Source: Deltaproteobacteria bacterium
GTDB lineage: Bacteria; Desulfobacterota; JADFXK01
Assembly (NCBI GenBank): GCA_015233625.1
Contig: JADFXK010000002.1
Span: 1 to 51,481 of the forward strand
Reading direction: 5' to 3'
Length of the DNA stretch: 51,481 nt
Shown here in pieces: positions 49,220 through 51,481 of this stretch. Position numbers and translations under genes: made by a program. How positions within the stretch are numbered: the first letter of the stretch is position 1; every line of letters begins with the position of its first letter. The notes beneath the pieces were generated by a model, which worked only from the letters and a program-made list of their open reading frames with translations, was not told the origin of the DNA and ran no database searches.

Positions 49220-50281
49220 ATGAGTGGAGATAGCCTTACCACCCGGCCACACTGTGGCCCACCGGAATTTGACTTAAGTGCGGAAGCATTTGCCCGTCAG
49301 GATGAAAACGACGATTCCGTTTTCTATGCGACGGAACGATTCGTCAACCACCTTGACTCCCTGGCTCTGGACACCGTTGAGAGGGTGATTGGAGAGTTGG
49401 TTATTGAAGATGACCCCGTGATATTGGACTTGATGACGGGTGGGGATTCCCATATCCCGAGTCGGCTCAAGCCCGCCAGAGTCATCGGACTGGGGTTAAA
49501 TGAAAAAGAGCTGTCGCAAAATAAGGCCCTGACTGAATTCGTCATCCATGATCTGAATAAATGTCCGACTCTTCCTTTTCTGGACAATACCTTTGACGCG
49601 GTTATAAACACAGTTTCGGTCGACTATCTCACCCAGCCGGTAGAGGTATTCACTGAAGTAGGCAGAATCCTGAAGCCTGGGGGGTTGTTTCTGATTATCT
49701 TCTCCAATCGAATGTTTATGCCCAAGGTAGTCAAGGTCTGGCGTGAGGCCCTGGAGGAGCGTCGGGTCGATATAGTTAAGTGGTGGCTGGCCCGGGCCCA
49801 GCAATTTGAGATGCCGGACGTTTTTGTTTCCAGAGGCAAACCAAGACCTGCGGATGACAAATACGCCGGGTTGGGCCTGCCCAGTGATCCCGTTTACGTC
49901 GTTTATACCGACAAAAAAGGAGCGGGGGATGCCAGGCGAGCCAGACCGGAGATTAACCTGGAATATGGTCGGCGATTAGGTCCGGAAGAACTCCAAAGAC
50001 TCCAAAAGGAAATTAAGCATACTTTATCTTGCCCGCATTGCGGTCAAAAGATGCGGAAATGGGAGGTCCCGGATACCCCGTTTGGCTGTAACTGGGATCA
50101 TGAGTTTATGTATATCTGCTTTAACGACGCCTGCCCCTATTTTGTGCGAGGCTGGGAAGTGATGGAGCAGAACGGGGTGGGAGGAAAATCGTATCGGCTG
50201 ATGTGGCATCCAGCGCGGGATTATTGTGTTCCGGTGCCGGTGCCGTCGTTCCATGCCCTCAAAGAAAGCATTATCGACTAA
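49220..50281 (+). CDS. class I SAM-dependent methyltransferase with C-terminal Cys-rich (zinc-ribbon-like) domain
   Basis: ILDLMTGGDSH (motif I-like), FDAVINTVSVDYL, LKPGGLFLIIFSN. The C-terminus has SCPHCGQKMRKW...GCNWDHEFMYICFNDACPYF. Confidence 0.7.
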   Translation: MSGDSLTTRPHCGPPEFDLSAEAFARQDENDDSVFYATERFVNHLDSLALDTVERVIGELVIEDDPVILDLMTGGDSHIPSRLKPARVIGLGLNEKELSQNKALTEFVIHDLNKCPTLPFLDNTFDAVINTVSVDYLTQPVEVFTEVGRILKPGGLFLIIFSNRMFMPKVVKVWREALEERRVDIVKWWLARAQQFEMPDVFVSRGKPRPADDKYAGLGLPSDPVYVVYTDKKGAGDARRARPEINLEYGRRLGPEELQRLQKEIKHTLSCPHCGQKMRKWEVPDTPFGCNWDHEFMYICFNDACPYFVRGWEVMEQNGVGGKSYRLMWHPARDYCVPVPVPSFHALKESIID

Positions 50282-50396
50282 CCGCCATTGGGTTGTGCCC
50301 TTTTGATATTACTGCCTGGATCTCCTATGGCTGCTGACTGGAGGATCATCCGGAAAAGGTGGTGCTCCGGTCCAGACGCCAAGGAGATGGAAGGCG

Positions 50397-50864
50397 TCAG
50401 ATAGCCTTGATCACTTCATCCACATGCCCATTGACTTTGACTTTGGTCCAGACTTTTTTGATGATGCCGTCAGGGCCAATTAAGTAGGTGGACCGAATAA
50501 CTCCCAGAGATGTTTTGCCGAATTGTTTTTTCTCGCCCCAGACTTGATAGGCTTTAAGGACCTGGTGGTCGGGGTCGCTGAGGAGCAGAAAAACCAGGTA
50601 GTTTTTCTCTCTAAATTTCCGATGGCTGGTCAGGCTGTCCGGGCTTATCCCGACAACTGTGGCTTTGGGTTGGATGCGGTTGAATGTATCTCTGAAATCG
50701 CAAGCCTCTTGGGTACATCCGGGGGTGTTGTCTTTGGGATAGAAATACAAAACGATATCCTGGCCTTGACCCAGCAGACTGGCCAGACAAATCTGCTCTT
50801 CCTGCCCTTTTGCGTCAATGCCGTCAAGACAAAAATCAGGTGCTTTGGTTCCAACTTCCAACAT
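50397..50864 (-). CDS. bcp: thiol peroxidase Bcp (peroxiredoxin)
   Basis: FYPKDNTPGCTQEAC active site. 155 aa. Confidence 0.9.
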   Translation of the reverse strand: MLEVGTKAPDFCLDGIDAKGQEEQICLASLLGQGQDIVLYFYPKDNTPGCTQEACDFRDTFNRIQPKATVVGISPDSLTSHRKFREKNYLVFLLLSDPDHQVLKAYQVWGEKKQFGKTSLGVIRSTYLIGPDGIIKKVWTKVKVNGHVDEVIKAI

Positions 50865-51040
50865 GATTCGGCCTCCGTCTAGAGCTTACCGGCTCTGCGG
50901 GTTGACATCTCTAAGAGATGGAGGGTTTGGTGGGTGATTCGGTGACACGATCACACGATCCAGCCTGGGTCTTGGCCTCACCTCCTCAGCTGGTGAACGC
51001 CTCAGACCACCGGGTACCGAACAGTCTAGTCCAAGACCGC

Positions 51041-51481
51041 CTAGAGTTTGATATTACAAGTCTGTGGCGGCTGCGGCGAAAATGAATCAATCGTCCGGAA
51101 CAACTCTTGGGGATCAATTGGCTTAGACACATATCCATCCATGCCGGCCTCGAAACAACGTTCCCGATCTCCTTTCATGGCATAGGCTGTCATGGCCACA
51201 ATCGGGATATGGCCGCCGGTCTGTTTTTCTTTTTCTCTGATGGCCCGGGTGGCCTCCAGGCCGTCCATTTCGGGCATCTGGACATCCATCAAAATCAGGT
51301 CGAAACTGTTTTTGGTCAAAGCTTCCAGAGCTTCCAGTCCGGTTCTGGCCGTGTCCAGGGTGTGGCCTCGTTTTTTTAATATATGTGAAGCCAGTTTCAG
51401 ATTGACCGGGTTGTCTTCTACCAACAAGATGTGGAAGAGTCGGATATCGCTGCGCAAGGCATACCGGGTAACTAATGGAGG
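51041..51481 (-). CDS. receiver domain, probably the C-terminus of a hybrid sensor kinase (5' end outside the window)
   Basis: ILLVEDNPVNLKLA, LILMDVQMPEMDG, IVAMTAYA and GYVSKPI motifs. The frame stays open from 51457 to the window end (PPLVTRYA precedes the tracked TTG). Confidence 0.75.
   Translation of the reverse strand, partial: PPLVTRYALRSDIRLFHILLVEDNPVNLKLASHILKKRGHTLDTARTGLEALEALTKNSFDLILMDVQMPEMDGLEATRAIREKEKQTGGHIPIVAMTAYAMKGDRERCFEAGMDGYVSKPIDPQELFRTIDSFSPQPPQTCNIKL

Overview
51.5-kb chromosomal window, probably from an anaerobic Desulfobacterota (deltaproteobacterium-like) genome; this is inferred only from gene content (split transketolase, NifU/NifS, DUF4911-like gene, Rpn/Uma2 nucleases, response regulator with a Cys-rich tail). 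I call about 55 protein genes and one tRNA-Ser(UGA). I found no rRNA, CRISPR array, integrase or IS transposase.

Housekeeping blocks:
- ctp and split tkt (the C-terminal subunit is frameshifted)
- glgC
- PHP and MBL hydrolases
- nadK
- mce-nifU-nifS
- aconitase plus a bi-domain oxidoreductase
- crcB and bcp

The accessory part is 30-44 kb. Base composition there is mosaic: hand counts on single 100-nt samples give about 43-44% GC in the helicase and cyclase genes, about 52% in glgC, and about 68-71% in the oxidoreductase and the PqqD/kinase cassette.

Main observations:
1. Cargo repeatedly sits between an intact gene 3' end and a displaced, diverged direct copy of that same 3' end.
   - The oxidoreductase tail occurs three times around an Rpn gene.
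   - The Rpn tail occurs twice around an antitoxin-like gene and a Uma2 gene.
   - The cyclase tail occurs twice around a high-GC cassette.
   - A weak possible lysR tail copy sits next to the helicase module.
   - No recombinase is visible at any of these loci.
2. A low-GC three-gene operon (184-aa unknown protein, about 730-aa SF2 ResIII-like helicase, 76-aa Cys/His protein) looks like an uncharacterised defence-type module.
3. An orphan cassette encodes a PqqD (RRE), an HprK-like P-loop kinase, a PF14907-like nucleotidyltransferase and an unlisted 54-aa ORF, with no lasso cyclase or leader protease.
4. Three dispersed repeat families are present:
   - CNNGCAA heptamer arrays
   - GCAGAT-type MITE-like elements, two of which bracket an ABM gene
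   - a roughly 75-nt element found upstream of genes
5. The lysR divergent promoter region carries a 255-bp tandem duplication.
6. Two orphan intrinsic terminators suggest leader or sRNA elements.

All family names come from motif recognition by eye; no database search was run.
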